The notes beneath the pieces are model-generated. The model was not told the DNA's origin. It saw nothing but the letters and a program-made list of their open reading frames with translations, and did not search any database. A program made the translations under genes and the position numbers. A stretch of 64,000 nt of DNA from a bacterium (lineage in GTDB: Bacteria > Electryoneota > JAOADG01), in the NCBI GenBank assembly GCA_963681965.1, contig OY820579.1:2400001-2464000 (forward strand), in the 5' to 3' direction. Every line of letters begins with the position of its first letter. The stretch's first letter is position 1. Shown here in pieces: positions 30,138 to 41,344 of this stretch.

Positions 30138-31532
30138 TTACTTCAACAGTATCAGCTTTTGAGTGTGAACGAAATCACCGGCAGTCATCCGGGCAAAGTA
30201 AGTACCTGCCGCGAGATTCCTACCATCGAAGACGACATTGTATTCCCCGGGAGACTGATGGGTATCGACAAGCGTTGTAACCTCGTGACCGGCAAGATCG
30301 AAGATTTTTAGCGATACTTTGCTATTCTTCGGGATCGTATATCGAATAGTCGTGGTGGGATTGAAGGGATTAGGATAGTTATCCATCAATCCGGTAGTCT
30401 GGGGTAGCCCGATTGTTGCGTGTTCCGGTGCATTCAACAGTCCCCACAAATTGGTTTTAGTGAGATATGCACCGCTACTGAAACCACATAAAATTAAACC
30501 GTCGTTATTTGCCGTTAGACAGCCACCATATCCCATCGATCCCGCACTGTTGTAATATCGGTGCCAAATCTGTTCGCCGGTGGTTGTGTAGCAAATACCG
30601 GTCATTTGAAATCCGGTAGATAAATGGACATATCCGACAACTACGATATTGCCATCGGGTGAAATGACGATGTGATTGCCATACCCGTCATCTTCATTGA
30701 TTGTGCGTGACCAAATTTCATTACCATCCCAATCGAATTGCACGGTTACAATCCGATTCGGTGTAATCGAATCTCCGTTCATGGGTCCTGTCACCACTGG
30801 TCCAACTGATGAAACCGCGACGCCATTTCCCCATCCGGTAAATCGATCCAGTTTCCGTGACCAAATTGTGTCACCGGAGCTGTCACAGCGGAGCAACCAC
30901 ATTCTATTGGTAATCACCTGATTGCTTCGATTAGCCAGACCTGTAACCAAAAAACCACCGGAAGGAAGTTGCCAAGTCCTGTAGAATGCTTCGGAAGTCC
31001 CACTCCAGCCGTAGATATGTGAACCGAGTGATTCACCTTGTGCAGATAAATGAATCAGTAACCCTTCTGTTGTCGCACCGTCTTGGAAACAGCCGCTTAA
31101 CCAATAGCTGCCATCGAAAGCGCGAGATAAACACGGGACACTTTGATTACTGTATTCGGTGGTTAAAATATCATGAGCCAAAATGATCGCCCCGGAAATA
31201 TTATAAACGGCGAATCGCGGTGTTATGCCGGAGATGTAGACACAAGCAATACTAGTATCCGATAGTGGAGCGATACTGGCACGTGTTGCTCCCGATGGTA
31301 ACTCCCAGTAACGCATTATATCGCCGGTACTATCGATAATGGCAATATTCGATGGGAGATCGGTTAAAATCGCATACCGATTTACGTTAACCGGAAATAC
31401 TGTTTTAGCTCGACCGTTGAGATAATAATACGATTGTTCCCAGCATAGCGCACTGGCAAATTGACATAGCACGAATATTCCAACGGCGATAACAAGAAAT
31501 CGTGCAAAGATAAGAGTTCGAACTTGGAACAT
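30138..31532 (-). CDS. Secreted beta-propeller-like protein with T9SS-type CTD
   Basis: Signal peptide; D..G..IWSR repeats; NYPNPFNP...KLILLK. Confidence 0.8.
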   Translation of the reverse strand: MFQVRTLIFARFLVIAVGIFVLCQFASALCWEQSYYYLNGRAKTVFPVNVNRYAILTDLPSNIAIIDSTGDIMRYWELPSGATRASIAPLSDTSIACVYISGITPRFAVYNISGAIILAHDILTTEYSNQSVPCLSRAFDGSYWLSGCFQDGATTEGLLIHLSAQGESLGSHIYGWSGTSEAFYRTWQLPSGGFLVTGLANRSNQVITNRMWLLRCDSSGDTIWSRKLDRFTGWGNGVAVSSVGPVVTGPMNGDSITPNRIVTVQFDWDGNEIWSRTINEDDGYGNHIVISPDGNIVVVGYVHLSTGFQMTGICYTTTGEQIWHRYYNSAGSMGYGGCLTANNDGLILCGFSSGAYLTKTNLWGLLNAPEHATIGLPQTTGLMDNYPNPFNPTTTIRYTIPKNSKVSLKIFDLAGHEVTTLVDTHQSPGEYNVVFDGRNLAAGTYFARMTAGDFVHTQKLILLK

Positions 31533-31606
31533 ATTATTACTCCTTATGAAGTTATTCTACGTGATTTCTTTACGAAAGAAGTAAGAACTAATTCGGAAAT
31601 TTACTG

Positions 31607-33775
31607 CTATTTCAATAATACTAACTTCTGTGTTTGAATTTCCGATGGTGTGCTTAGCCGGGCAAAGTATGTACCCGATGCAAGCGAACTTCCATTTATT
31701 TTCACGGAGTATTTCCCGGTTTCCTGAGTACGATTGACTAAAGTTGCGACACTTCGACCGGTAAGATCGAACAACTCCAACCGGACTTCGGATCGTTGCG
31801 GCAGCGAATATTTCAGTGTCGTAGTAGCATTGAATGGATTCGGAAATGCTGGTGTCAGTGTAACGCTCATGGGAAGATCAGAATTAGTCGGTTCTACGCC
31901 ATTGATTGTGGCACAATTGAGCAAAATCAAACCGGTGTTATTGGCAACCAGTGTATTGTATCCAATCGGTGCGACACCCCAAGCATTGCTGGTTTGGTGG
32001 GATGCAACGATTCGTAGATTCGTTGGATTGGAAACATCGACAATTTTTATCCCTTGGTTACCGCAGGGTAAGTAGAGCAGATTGTTGACGATTTGACATT
32101 CTCCAAAATTGACAACCCCGCCAGCACCGTAGTCGAGCGAATCGACAACAACAGGATTGGTTTGATTATGCATATCGAGGGCATAAATCAGGTAGGGACT
32201 CATCGATTGATAATAGAGGTATCCGTTCTGTGCAGCGATGAGTCGTAGATCCGATTGAAATGGAACAACCGCATGACCGGTTTCGATTGGATTAGCGGGA
32301 TCGCTCACGTCGTAACACGATACTTCATTATAATTTTTACTCAAATACAGTGTATTGTTTTCCCGCATCAGTTGGTGAGGTGTCATTTCACTATCTTCTA
32401 GGAAAGTCACAAACCGAGGTGCACTGAGGTTGGATCCATCAATTACGTGAATGCCATTCCCATTGGCTAGATACCAGTAGTTACCGATAATCTCCATCTG
32501 TGAAATGTTATCACCACAAATTGAATCACGCGACGAGTGGAAAATTTGTCGGGGATGATAAGCATTGGAGATATCGACAACCGACAGCGAAGAATAGGTT
32601 AACAAATAAATCCGGTTTCCATAGATCCGATAATTAATGATCTCATTATCCGCTTCATACAACCCAGCTAAAATTGGAAGATGCGGACCAGTCATATCGA
32701 TCAATCGAATCGATACTTCGTGAAAAACAGCGGCAGTAGTACCAATCGCTTTCACATCGTTAAAACTACCACAACGATTATAGGTACTTATCTCAGTCGG
32801 ATTTGCCGGATCGGAACAGTCGACAATGCGAACGCCGTAAGTACCATCGGCAACATAGACTGTCGTTCCTCGCACTGACATGTCCCAGATATCGGCGATC
32901 GGATAATAGGTGCCGAGTACTTGCATCGAATCGGGATGAGTGATGTCGATGATCGCCATCGGACAATCTACCGGAGCATATTGCGCATACAATCGATTGC
33001 CCTCAGTTCTTACTAAATAGACATAATCGGGGAGATTGAATGATGTAACTCGATAGATCGAATCCGGATTTGCGATATCGAGCACATCGATATCGCCGTG
33101 TGCCAGATAAGCATAATGACCACTGATCGCGACATCGGACGACAAGAAATTTGGATCTTCGGTATAGGAACCAAGACAAACCGGGGCGATCGGATTGGTA
33201 AGATCGAAAATTGAAAATCGATCACCTGAAGTATAAAGACGGTTGCCAACCAACGTCATACCATATACTCTGAGTAGGAAAGTATCGGTATAGACAATTC
33301 GGTACATGTGAAGCGCGGGGAAGTATCGCGCGACTTGAAAACCATAGTTGTCGCAGCTCAGATAGAGAATATCTCCGGTTCGATTCGGTATGATCTGACG
33401 CAATCCCGTTACGGAGCAGTATTGAGCATTATCTCCAATTGGTTCATATCTGGGTGCACGGCTAAACACCCCATTACCATGATTGACAAAGATGAAACTG
33501 TCCGAAACTGACACGCTATTACACGGTCGATAAGCAGGTACATTGTTCGGAATTTCGGAGGGTACAGCCGGATTAGAGATATTGAGCGTGTGAACGCCCC
33601 CTTCGCTGGCAGCACAGAACAGCGTGTCGCCACTGAGTGCGACACTTATAACTGCACCACCCCAATTGTAATTCCATTGCCAGATTTCGGGGAGGACTTG
33701 GGCAGAAACGAGCAGAGGAATCAATAAAACGAATGGGATCAATACAAGGGATAGGATTGATGTTCGGGGAATCAT
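31607..33775 (-). CDS. Secreted LVIVD-repeat protein with T9SS-type CTD
   Basis: Many G.YAY.A....l.ivD.s.P..P repeats; FPNPFNA...KLVLLK. Confidence 0.85.
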   Translation of the reverse strand: MIPRTSILSLVLIPFVLLIPLLVSAQVLPEIWQWNYNWGGAVISVALSGDTLFCAASEGGVHTLNISNPAVPSEIPNNVPAYRPCNSVSVSDSFIFVNHGNGVFSRAPRYEPIGDNAQYCSVTGLRQIIPNRTGDILYLSCDNYGFQVARYFPALHMYRIVYTDTFLLRVYGMTLVGNRLYTSGDRFSIFDLTNPIAPVCLGSYTEDPNFLSSDVAISGHYAYLAHGDIDVLDIANPDSIYRVTSFNLPDYVYLVRTEGNRLYAQYAPVDCPMAIIDITHPDSMQVLGTYYPIADIWDMSVRGTTVYVADGTYGVRIVDCSDPANPTEISTYNRCGSFNDVKAIGTTAAVFHEVSIRLIDMTGPHLPILAGLYEADNEIINYRIYGNRIYLLTYSSLSVVDISNAYHPRQIFHSSRDSICGDNISQMEIIGNYWYLANGNGIHVIDGSNLSAPRFVTFLEDSEMTPHQLMRENNTLYLSKNYNEVSCYDVSDPANPIETGHAVVPFQSDLRLIAAQNGYLYYQSMSPYLIYALDMHNQTNPVVVDSLDYGAGGVVNFGECQIVNNLLYLPCGNQGIKIVDVSNPTNLRIVASHQTSNAWGVAPIGYNTLVANNTGLILLNCATINGVEPTNSDLPMSVTLTPAFPNPFNATTTLKYSLPQRSEVRLELFDLTGRSVATLVNRTQETGKYSVKINGSSLASGTYFARLSTPSEIQTQKLVLLK

Positions 33776-33990
33776 GGCTTTCTCCTTTCAAATGTAAGCT
33801 GACCACGGACGAATCGAAGATAACCGAAAGTGAAGCGGGTTAACCTCACAAATGAAACTAATATCAATCTACATAACGAATTGAATATCTGTCAATGATT
33901 ATTGTTGAAATTTACAAATATGTCTGTGATCTAGGTAATTTAATTTTTTAAAAATACTAAACTGTGCTGCAGGTTTATTTTGGGTATAAA

Positions 33991-36210
33991 TTATCGAAGC
34001 AGAACGATTTTCTGTGTTTGCGAATATGCACCAGCGGTCAATCTGGCGAAATAGGTACCACTGCTGAGTTTCGAGCCATCGAATTTGACGGAATACTCAC
34101 CCGGATTCTGGTGGAAATCGACTAGATTTGCGACTTCCCGACCGGTCAGATCGAAGATTTTCAGCGATACTTTGCTCGTCTTCGGAATCGAATACCGGAT
34201 GGTTGTGGTTGGATTGAAGGGATTGGGATAATTGGGTTTCAACGCAAACGTTGTTGGGGAGGTCGCGATGATGCGATCGACAACTCCAACACATCCAGAA
34301 CAGTCATAGACGCCGACATTGTAATATTCGGAAGTATAGACATACCGGTTCGTGACCGAAATGGATCGAACATCGATTGATTCTTCATAGAATCCAACTT
34401 CGATTGGTTCTAATAGATCGGCAATTTGGATGATTCTGATTCCAGCAGTACGATCCGATATATAAGCATAGTTTCCATCGATGACGAATTGTTCGGAACA
34501 ATCGGGAAGATGGCAACAGCCAATTAGTCGAAGGTTTTGTATATCCGATGCATTGAAGATATTGAATGTGGAATCACTGGTTGTGGCAAAAATTATTGAA
34601 TCACGAGCGACCATGGACAGTATACCCGCGAGCGAATCGATACCGATCAATTGGGTACTATCGTGATTGGCGAAACTGTATTTGTAGATTTGCGATTCGT
34701 TGCTCTCCAGAATGGTTTCGCCGATAATGCAATCAGGTCGGATCGCGCTGGAAGCCGATCGAAACAAACCAACTCGTTGTGGATGCGATGGATTGGCGAT
34801 ATCGAAAATCAAGTTCATGGTGACAATGCCTTCGATCCCAGCATACCGTCCAATGCCGACCACAGCGTAATGATCTAGGATAAATATTGAATTCGGACTG
34901 TCCTGAATTTCGAATGGACAATTCCAAATTGTAGTCTGACTGAGGAGCCCAAGACTATCGTTTGCAAGAAACTGGTAAATTTTTAAATCGATTCGAGTAT
35001 CACTCGAGTCATTCCAGACAACATCGACGGAATATCCATACTCTCCTGAAAATGCCCAAATATAATTGTTTATTTCGGCTGTCACCCGTGTGGGAATGGA
35101 ATTATCGAGATTCACTATTTGGCAACCGTAATCGAACCAATTGAATAGCCGGTTCCCGGTAACTTGAATTTGTAATGATGGTCGCAGCGGAATAAATCTG
35201 CTGGTGATGAGTGGATTTGCCGGTGATGTCAGATCGATTAATTCCAAATTAGCTTGGTCATTCAGCACTGTTGCGTGATTTCCAGTAATACAGATACTAA
35301 AGGGAAAAGTGCTGGATAGGCTACCGACGTTCCGGATACTGTCCGGGTTTGAGAGATCGAGCACCTGAAGTCGCGAATCGACCGTAGGATACGCACCTCG
35401 ATGCATTGAGCCGTAGTAGAAGTAATTTCCGTGGAATGCGAATTGACATAATAATCCGTTTTGATTCATCGTTCGAGTGCGTTGAGCGAGCAACTGCGGT
35501 GACGCTGGATCCGCAATATTCAGAATCGACACGGTATCAATGCCACCGATCGCGGCGTAATTCCCCTGCACTTGTACTTGATAGGCTGTTCTGGAATAGT
35601 GACCTACTTCGAAACAATTTGCCGGATTGGCAATATTGACAATACGCAATCCTGAATCGACATCAGCGATATAGGCGAAGTTTCCCGATACTACGACATC
35701 AAGAGCATAGTATGGTGTCGCAAGGACACCGAGTTCACTGGGGTTAGCAGGTTCGGTGATATCGAGGATCCTGAGCCCATTCACGCCATCGGCGAGATAG
35801 AGGTTGGTTGCGGAAATTGCGAGCGCATATACATATCCGGGTGAATCGTAACGATTGACTTCGAATGGTGAGCTGGGATTACTAACATCGACAACGCGTA
35901 CACCCGCATCGCCATTGGCGAGGTAAGCGTAATTGTTCGCAACAGCGACACTCCGGACGAGATCATTATCTAAAAAGAAACCGCACTCAAACGGGACCGC
36001 CGGATTGGTCAGATCGATTATCGACAATCCACGGGAGCATGCGACATAGGCATAGTTTCCTACAGTTGTGTGGGTAAAGCCGAATTCACTGGTCTGTTTT
36101 CGTGCGACACAACTGATGCCGGAACTATCTTGCGCCATGACGGAATTGATTGAAAGAAGAATAATAGCGAAAATCAGAGTCGTGAAGGAGGCGATTCGTC
36201 GGAGTGTCAT
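33991..36210 (-). CDS. Secreted LVIVD-repeat protein with T9SS-type CTD
   Basis: NYAYLANGDAGVRVVDVSNP-type repeats; NYPNPFNP...KIVLLR. Confidence 0.87.
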   Translation of the reverse strand: MTLRRIASFTTLIFAIILLSINSVMAQDSSGISCVARKQTSEFGFTHTTVGNYAYVACSRGLSIIDLTNPAVPFECGFFLDNDLVRSVAVANNYAYLANGDAGVRVVDVSNPSSPFEVNRYDSPGYVYALAISATNLYLADGVNGLRILDITEPANPSELGVLATPYYALDVVVSGNFAYIADVDSGLRIVNIANPANCFEVGHYSRTAYQVQVQGNYAAIGGIDTVSILNIADPASPQLLAQRTRTMNQNGLLCQFAFHGNYFYYGSMHRGAYPTVDSRLQVLDLSNPDSIRNVGSLSSTFPFSICITGNHATVLNDQANLELIDLTSPANPLITSRFIPLRPSLQIQVTGNRLFNWFDYGCQIVNLDNSIPTRVTAEINNYIWAFSGEYGYSVDVVWNDSSDTRIDLKIYQFLANDSLGLLSQTTIWNCPFEIQDSPNSIFILDHYAVVGIGRYAGIEGIVTMNLIFDIANPSHPQRVGLFRSASSAIRPDCIIGETILESNESQIYKYSFANHDSTQLIGIDSLAGILSMVARDSIIFATTSDSTFNIFNASDIQNLRLIGCCHLPDCSEQFVIDGNYAYISDRTAGIRIIQIADLLEPIEVGFYEESIDVRSISVTNRYVYTSEYYNVGVYDCSGCVGVVDRIIATSPTTFALKPNYPNPFNPTTTIRYSIPKTSKVSLKIFDLTGREVANLVDFHQNPGEYSVKFDGSKLSSGTYFARLTAGAYSQTQKIVLLR

Positions 36211-36350
36211 GACTTGTTCCTTTCAAAGTGAGTGAAGCAAAGAAGAGAAATAGAACAATGGATTTGCAATAGTAAACTAATAGTAATATGAAGATACCTG
36301 CAAGGGTAAAACATAAAAAATGAAAATTATTGCAATATGTTGATCATATA

Positions 36351-36460
36351 GGTGTTGGGTAGTGGGTGATGGGTGGTAGGGAAAGATAAAAAATGATACA
36401 AGAACGCGGACTAAAGTCCGCCGGTACAAAAAAAAAGAGGTCAGGCTGAAGCCTAACCTC
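36351..36460. repeat. Composite intergenic repeat (G/T-rich leader, A-tract, GCGGACTAAAGTCCGC palindrome, GGTCAGG..CCTAACC hairpin)
   Basis: Resembles units at 46561-46640, 46797-46883 and 47234-47308. Confidence 0.6.
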
Positions 36461-36487
36461 CGTATAATAATATTGTTAGAAAACAAA

Positions 36488-37294
36488 TTATGGATAGCTT
36501 TCCTCATCAGTGGGGAAATTGAGATTCTTGATATCGTCGCGGTACTGCTCCACAGCGGAAATGATGGTGTTCCCGACTTCGGCATAGCGCCGGGCAAATT
36601 TGAACTTCACTTCCGGTTGCAAACCGAGCATATCGTGCAGCACCAGGATTTGTCCATCGCAGAGTGGCCCCGAGGCGATTCCGATCGTCGGAATCGAAAT
36701 TGAATTTGTCACCATTTCTGCAACGTCGCGCGGGATTTTTTCCAGTACAAGACTGAAACAACCAGCTTGTTCCAAGGCTTTCGCATTGGCAATGATTTTC
36801 TCGACCGCTTCCGGGGTACGGGCTTGTAGCAAGTAGCCACCGTACTGCAGCACCATCTGCGGCTGCAGACCGAGATGCCCCATCACTGGAACACCGGTAT
36901 TGACAAGCTTCTCAATCATCGGGCAAAGTTCGACACCCCCTTCGACCTTGACGGCGGAAACACGCCCTTCCTGAAGGAGACGAACGGCGTTGCGGTAGCC
37001 AACTTCAACCGATTCAGTGTAACTGGCAAACGGCATATCCGCGACAACCAGCGCATGATCGACGGCGCGAGAGACTAACCGGCTATGATAGATCATGTTG
37101 TCGAGCGTAACCGGAACCGTGGTTTCTTCGCCTTGCATCGTCATACCGAGTGAATCGCCAATCAATATTAAATCGACTCCGGCTTGATCCACCAGTCGCG
37201 CGAGAGAATAGTCGTATGCGGTCAGCGCGACAATTTTCCGTTTCCCTTTCAGTTCGCGGATATGGCGGGTGGTGATGCGATGAGTGGTGTTCAT
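36488..37294 (-). CDS. panB: 3-methyl-2-oxobutanoate hydroxymethyltransferase
   Basis: LTAYD, LIGDSLG, ADMPF, VKVEGG, GHLGLQPQ, CDGQILV; start MNTTHR overlaps the mnmA stop (ATGA). Confidence 0.97.
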   Translation of the reverse strand: MNTTHRITTRHIRELKGKRKIVALTAYDYSLARLVDQAGVDLILIGDSLGMTMQGEETTVPVTLDNMIYHSRLVSRAVDHALVVADMPFASYTESVEVGYRNAVRLLQEGRVSAVKVEGGVELCPMIEKLVNTGVPVMGHLGLQPQMVLQYGGYLLQARTPEAVEKIIANAKALEQAGCFSLVLEKIPRDVAEMVTNSISIPTIGIASGPLCDGQILVLHDMLGLQPEVKFKFARRYAEVGNTIISAVEQYRDDIKNLNFPTDEESYP

Positions 37295-38421
37295 AACAGA
37301 ATCTCGTCGATAATGCCTCCGGCGATCACGCGATCCCCCCGGAAAGCGACACAACTTTGTCCCCTTGCCGGAGCCCGGACGGGGGTATGAAAATCGCATT
37401 GCGCACGACCGTCGGGCAGTGGTGTCCAATCTGCCAAAACGCCCGGGTCGTGATATCGTACTTGTACAAGGTACGAACCGGAATTGGGAGCGCCAACAAT
37501 ATCGCGGACGATAATCCGGTGCCGGAACAGTGCTGTGACCGGTCCAACCACGACTTTGGTTTCCGGGACATTCACATCGATTACGTAATTCGGTTCGGTA
37601 AATCCGCCCCCCAAACCTTTGCGTTGTCCGACCGTGTAATGATATAGATTTTCACGAATTCCCAGCTTCTTTCCATCACTGGTCACCAATTCCGCTTCCA
37701 ATTTCTGGTCGGGATATTTGCTTGCCAGCCACGTCCGGTAATCGGTGCCACTGAGAAAACAGATATCCTGACTTTCGGGATTACTGGCGGTGGGGAGACC
37801 CGCTTCTTTCGCAATGAGGCGGATTTCGGATTTGCGGAACGCCCCTAACGGCAAGAGCGTTGCGGCGCGGCGTGGTTCTTCCACTACCCAGAGTGCATAA
37901 GCTTGATCTTTGGTCGGATCGAAACCGCGTGCAAACCAATACCGATTATCGACTTTTACCCGCCGGACATAATGACCCGTGGAAATGAAATCGATGCCTA
38001 ATAGCAATTTCCGATCCCACAAAGCGCCCCATTTCAACTCGCGGTTGCATTCGATACACGGATTGGGGGTTTCACCGGAGAAGTAGCTCTGGTCGAAATA
38101 GTCGATGACTTTGGTTTGAAACAGATCGGAGAAATTCCAGACTTGGGAGGTGGCACCAATATGATCGCATACGCGGGCGACATCGATTGAGCTACCCGTA
38201 TGGCAACACCCTTTCGCAGTGGCGGGGGTTCCTTCCGGTACTAATCGGAAATGGACACCGATTACGGTAAGTCCAGCTTGTGCCAGAAGATAGGCAGCAG
38301 CCGAGCTGTCGACCCCGCCAGACATCGCAACGAGCACGCTACTACCACTCCATTGATGACGGGCAGCAGCGATCCAGCGGTCGCGCCGGCGTAAGATGTG
38401 GTCGCGTTCCGTCTCAGCCAC
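37291..38421 (-). CDS. mnmA: tRNA-specific 2-thiouridylase
   Basis: AMSGGVDSS, TPNPCIECN, TGHY, KDQ.Y.L, ESQDICF, YTVGQRKG. Confidence 0.96.
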   Translation of the reverse strand: MAETERDHILRRRDRWIAAARHQWSGSSVLVAMSGGVDSSAAAYLLAQAGLTVIGVHFRLVPEGTPATAKGCCHTGSSIDVARVCDHIGATSQVWNFSDLFQTKVIDYFDQSYFSGETPNPCIECNRELKWGALWDRKLLLGIDFISTGHYVRRVKVDNRYWFARGFDPTKDQAYALWVVEEPRRAATLLPLGAFRKSEIRLIAKEAGLPTASNPESQDICFLSGTDYRTWLASKYPDQKLEAELVTSDGKKLGIRENLYHYTVGQRKGLGGGFTEPNYVIDVNVPETKVVVGPVTALFRHRIIVRDIVGAPNSGSYLVQVRYHDPGVLADWTPLPDGRAQCDFHTPVRAPARGQSCVAFRGDRVIAGGIIDEILL

Positions 38422-39565
38422 CGTTCACCACTCGACGTTGTTTGGCAATGACGGTTGCGACCCGGTTGGCAGCATCTGTCACATCTTCAAGCGAAAGTGA
38501 CGGACCGAAACTGAATCGGATACATTCATTGGCGGCTTTCTCGGTCAGTCCGATTTCTATAAGTACTTGTGAAGGCTTAAGGGCACCACTGGCACAGGCG
38601 GAACCAGCGGACGCAGCTACACCGGCAAGGTCGAACCCGAGTAATAAGGCTTCAGCTTCGGTGTTGGCAAATCGAAGATTCAAGATTGAATCGCTACAGC
38701 GATCAATTGGAGAGATAAATGTAAACTCGCAGCCGAGTGATGTTAATTGTTGAATAAATCTTTGTTTCAGTGTTGCAATGCGGTCGCGATATTCGGTTGC
38801 ATTCCGGTGCCAGAGCTCGCACGCCTTGCCGAATCCGACGATGGCGGGAAGTCCTTCGGTACCGGCATGTTTCCCACGCTCCTGACTTGCTGCGGCAATC
38901 CATGGGGGGAGATCGATTCCCTCGCGTACCCAGAGTGCGCCGATCCCTTTAGGACCATTGATTTTATGTGATGCTACCGAAACCAGATCGGCACCCATCG
39001 AAATTGGGGAGGGGTATTTGCCGATCGCTTGGACGGCATCGGTGTGAAAGAGCGCATCGGAAGCATGAGCAATATTGGCAAGTGCAGAAATATCCTGCAG
39101 TGTTCCTAATTCATTGTTACAATACATTAATGAAATAAATCTAGTATCAGTATCGCTCAATGATTGTAATTGATCAATTAAGTATCTGCCTTCGGAATCG
39201 CTTTTCAACCACCGGACAGTCCATCCTTCGGTGGTTAGTCGTTTAGCGACATTACGGACAGCGGAATGTTCGATCTGGGCAGTGATGAAATTGCCTTTGT
39301 TGGCTTGAAAGAGCTGTGCCATGCCAAGAATTGCCCACTGATCGGCTTCCGAACCACTCGCCGTGAAGAAGATGCGATCCGATGTCGTTTCGAGGAGAGT
39401 TGCAACCTGAATGCGCGCCTGCTCCAGCGCTTTTTTCGCAATTCGACCTTCAGTATGGAGTGAACTCGGGTTGCCCCACCCCTGCTCCATGACATTCACC
39501 ATCACGGCAATCACTTCCGGGTGAACGGGGGTCGTTGCAGCATGATCCAAGTAGATTCGGTTCAT
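38414..39565 (-). CDS. iscS: Cysteine desulfurase (IscS/NifS family)
   Basis: YLDHAATTP, GNPSSLH, HTDAVQ, SHKINGPKG, SAGSAC. Confidence 0.92.
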   Translation of the reverse strand: MNRIYLDHAATTPVHPEVIAVMVNVMEQGWGNPSSLHTEGRIAKKALEQARIQVATLLETTSDRIFFTASGSEADQWAILGMAQLFQANKGNFITAQIEHSAVRNVAKRLTTEGWTVRWLKSDSEGRYLIDQLQSLSDTDTRFISLMYCNNELGTLQDISALANIAHASDALFHTDAVQAIGKYPSPISMGADLVSVASHKINGPKGIGALWVREGIDLPPWIAAASQERGKHAGTEGLPAIVGFGKACELWHRNATEYRDRIATLKQRFIQQLTSLGCEFTFISPIDRCSDSILNLRFANTEAEALLLGFDLAGVAASAGSACASGALKPSQVLIEIGLTEKAANECIRFSFGPSLSLEDVTDAANRVATVIAKQRRVVNGG

Positions 39566-39581
39566 AGGTTTCTGCTTTTCA

Positions 39582-40184
39582 TTATTTTAGATTCGCCGGC
39601 AAATAGCCCTGCCGATAGGCTGCTTCCAATTGTTTATAGGCACGGAATCGATGAGACATGCCATTTTTTACCGCAGGGGATAATTCTGCCAAGGTTTCAG
39701 TGTACCCGGTCGGTACAAAAATCGGGTCATACCCGAAACCGTTATTACCCCGCTCGATCGTAATGATTTCTCCTAATAATACTCCGCGACCCAGCCACTT
39801 CCCACCATTCCATACGACAGCGAGGACCGTCTCAAACCGGGCAGGATATGGCTTTTGGAGAGTGGATAACTCTTGAAGTAATTTCTTACGATTTGCATCA
39901 TAACTATTGGTTTCACCAGCATAACGTGCACTGTGGATACCGGGAGCGCCATTCAGGCAATCGACAAACAGACCGGTGTCGTCGGCAACTGAGATCAGGT
40001 CGGTTGCTTTGTGATAATAGACAGCTTTCAACAACGCATTCGCCTCAAGCGACTCGCCATTTTCTTCCGGTGATGGGAGATTGAAGTCGGTAGCGAGTTG
40101 CCAATCCACCGGAATGTCGCAGATTTCGATTAGCTCTTTCAGCTTGTGAGGATTATTGGAGCCGAGCAGCCACGGAATGTTCAT
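39582..40184 (-). CDS. rdgB: Non-canonical purine NTP pyrophosphatase (RdgB/HAM1)
   Basis: SNNPHK, ADDTGL, PGIHSARY, GFGYDPIF, SHR; start MNIPW overlaps the deoB stop. Confidence 0.93.
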   Translation of the reverse strand: MNIPWLLGSNNPHKLKELIEICDIPVDWQLATDFNLPSPEENGESLEANALLKAVYYHKATDLISVADDTGLFVDCLNGAPGIHSARYAGETNSYDANRKKLLQELSTLQKPYPARFETVLAVVWNGGKWLGRGVLLGEIITIERGNNGFGYDPIFVPTGYTETLAELSPAVKNGMSHRFRAYKQLEAAYRQGYLPANLK

Positions 40185-41344
40185 CGCTGGAGTTCCTTCC
40201 AGAAGGAAGTTCCGGCACTCCATTTCCCCAAGCCAAATGCTTCATATACTGTCGCACCTAAGTCGGCAAAAGTCGTACGAATTCCTAATGATACATTTTG
40301 TCGAATGCTTTTGCCGACGATTAGTACCGGTACCCGTTCGCGGGAGTGGTCGGTGGACGGAGTCGTCGGATCATTGCCATGATCGGCGGTCAATATGAGA
40401 GTATCTTCCGAACCCATTTCAGCGCGGATGACTGGAAGCATCGTGTCGAACCACTCCAGTGCATTGGCAAAACCCTCGATATCGTTGCGGTGACCGTAAA
40501 GCATATCGAAATCGACTAGATTTGCAAATAGGAAACCAGTGTCTTTCTGCCGAAGCCAATCCAATATTCCTTGTACCGATTCCTCATTGTTTTTTGCGCC
40601 AATTTTCTCACTCACCCCTTGACCAGCGAAGAGATCGGCGATTTTACCGACGGATACCGTTGGGATATCATGAGCTTTTAGCACATCCATGACGGTCGGA
40701 CCACCGGGCGGGAGCGATTCGTCGTGCCGGTTCGGGGTACGGTAGAATTCACCGGCGACACCTAAGAAGGGGCGTGCAATGACCCGTCCGACTGCATAAG
40801 GACCAGTCATCCATAATTCACGTAAATCCTTACAGATCCGGTACAGCTCATGAAGTGGTACCACATCCTCGTGGGCGGCAATCTGTAGCACCGAGTCGGC
40901 GGAGGTATAGACGATCAAATCGCCGGTTTTGACATGCTGCTCACCCAGCTCCTTGATGATCTCCGTGCCCGAAGCGGGTTTATTGCCGATGATACCGCGT
41001 CCACTGATCCGGCGGATTTCCTGCAGGACGGGTTCCGGGAAACCATCGAAAAAGTAGGGGAAGGGGGTGTGCGTGATCAATCCTGCCAGTTCCCAATGAC
41101 CAGTGGTGGAATCCTTGCCGGCGGATTGTTCCGTCATCACGCCCCAGGCACCTTCACTGACGCATGCCGGGACATTGGCTATCGGCGTACAATTCCCGAT
41201 CCCAAGTTTTTGTAAATTCGGGATATTCAAATTCTGGTGACGGGAAAGATTACCAAGGGTATTGGAACCCTCATCTTTGTAATCGGCGGCATCCGGGGCA
41301 TCGCCACAGCCGACGCCGTCGAGCACTAATTGGATCCAACGCAT
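40181..41344 (-). CDS. deoB: Phosphopentomutase
   Basis: VLDGVGCG, GKDSTTGHWE, YTSADSV, GRVIARPF, NLVDFD..YGHR, TADHGNDP. Confidence 0.96.
   Translation of the reverse strand: MRWIQLVLDGVGCGDAPDAADYKDEGSNTLGNLSRHQNLNIPNLQKLGIGNCTPIANVPACVSEGAWGVMTEQSAGKDSTTGHWELAGLITHTPFPYFFDGFPEPVLQEIRRISGRGIIGNKPASGTEIIKELGEQHVKTGDLIVYTSADSVLQIAAHEDVVPLHELYRICKDLRELWMTGPYAVGRVIARPFLGVAGEFYRTPNRHDESLPPGGPTVMDVLKAHDIPTVSVGKIADLFAGQGVSEKIGAKNNEESVQGILDWLRQKDTGFLFANLVDFDMLYGHRNDIEGFANALEWFDTMLPVIRAEMGSEDTLILTADHGNDPTTPSTDHSRERVPVLIVGKSIRQNVSLGIRTTFADLGATVYEAFGLGKWSAGTSFWKELQR

Noticed and set aside
38414-39565. Cysteine desulfurase as a selenium-delivery partner of the selenoprotein
   Set aside because: It is 25 kb away and overlaps mnmA, the standard tRNA thiolation context.
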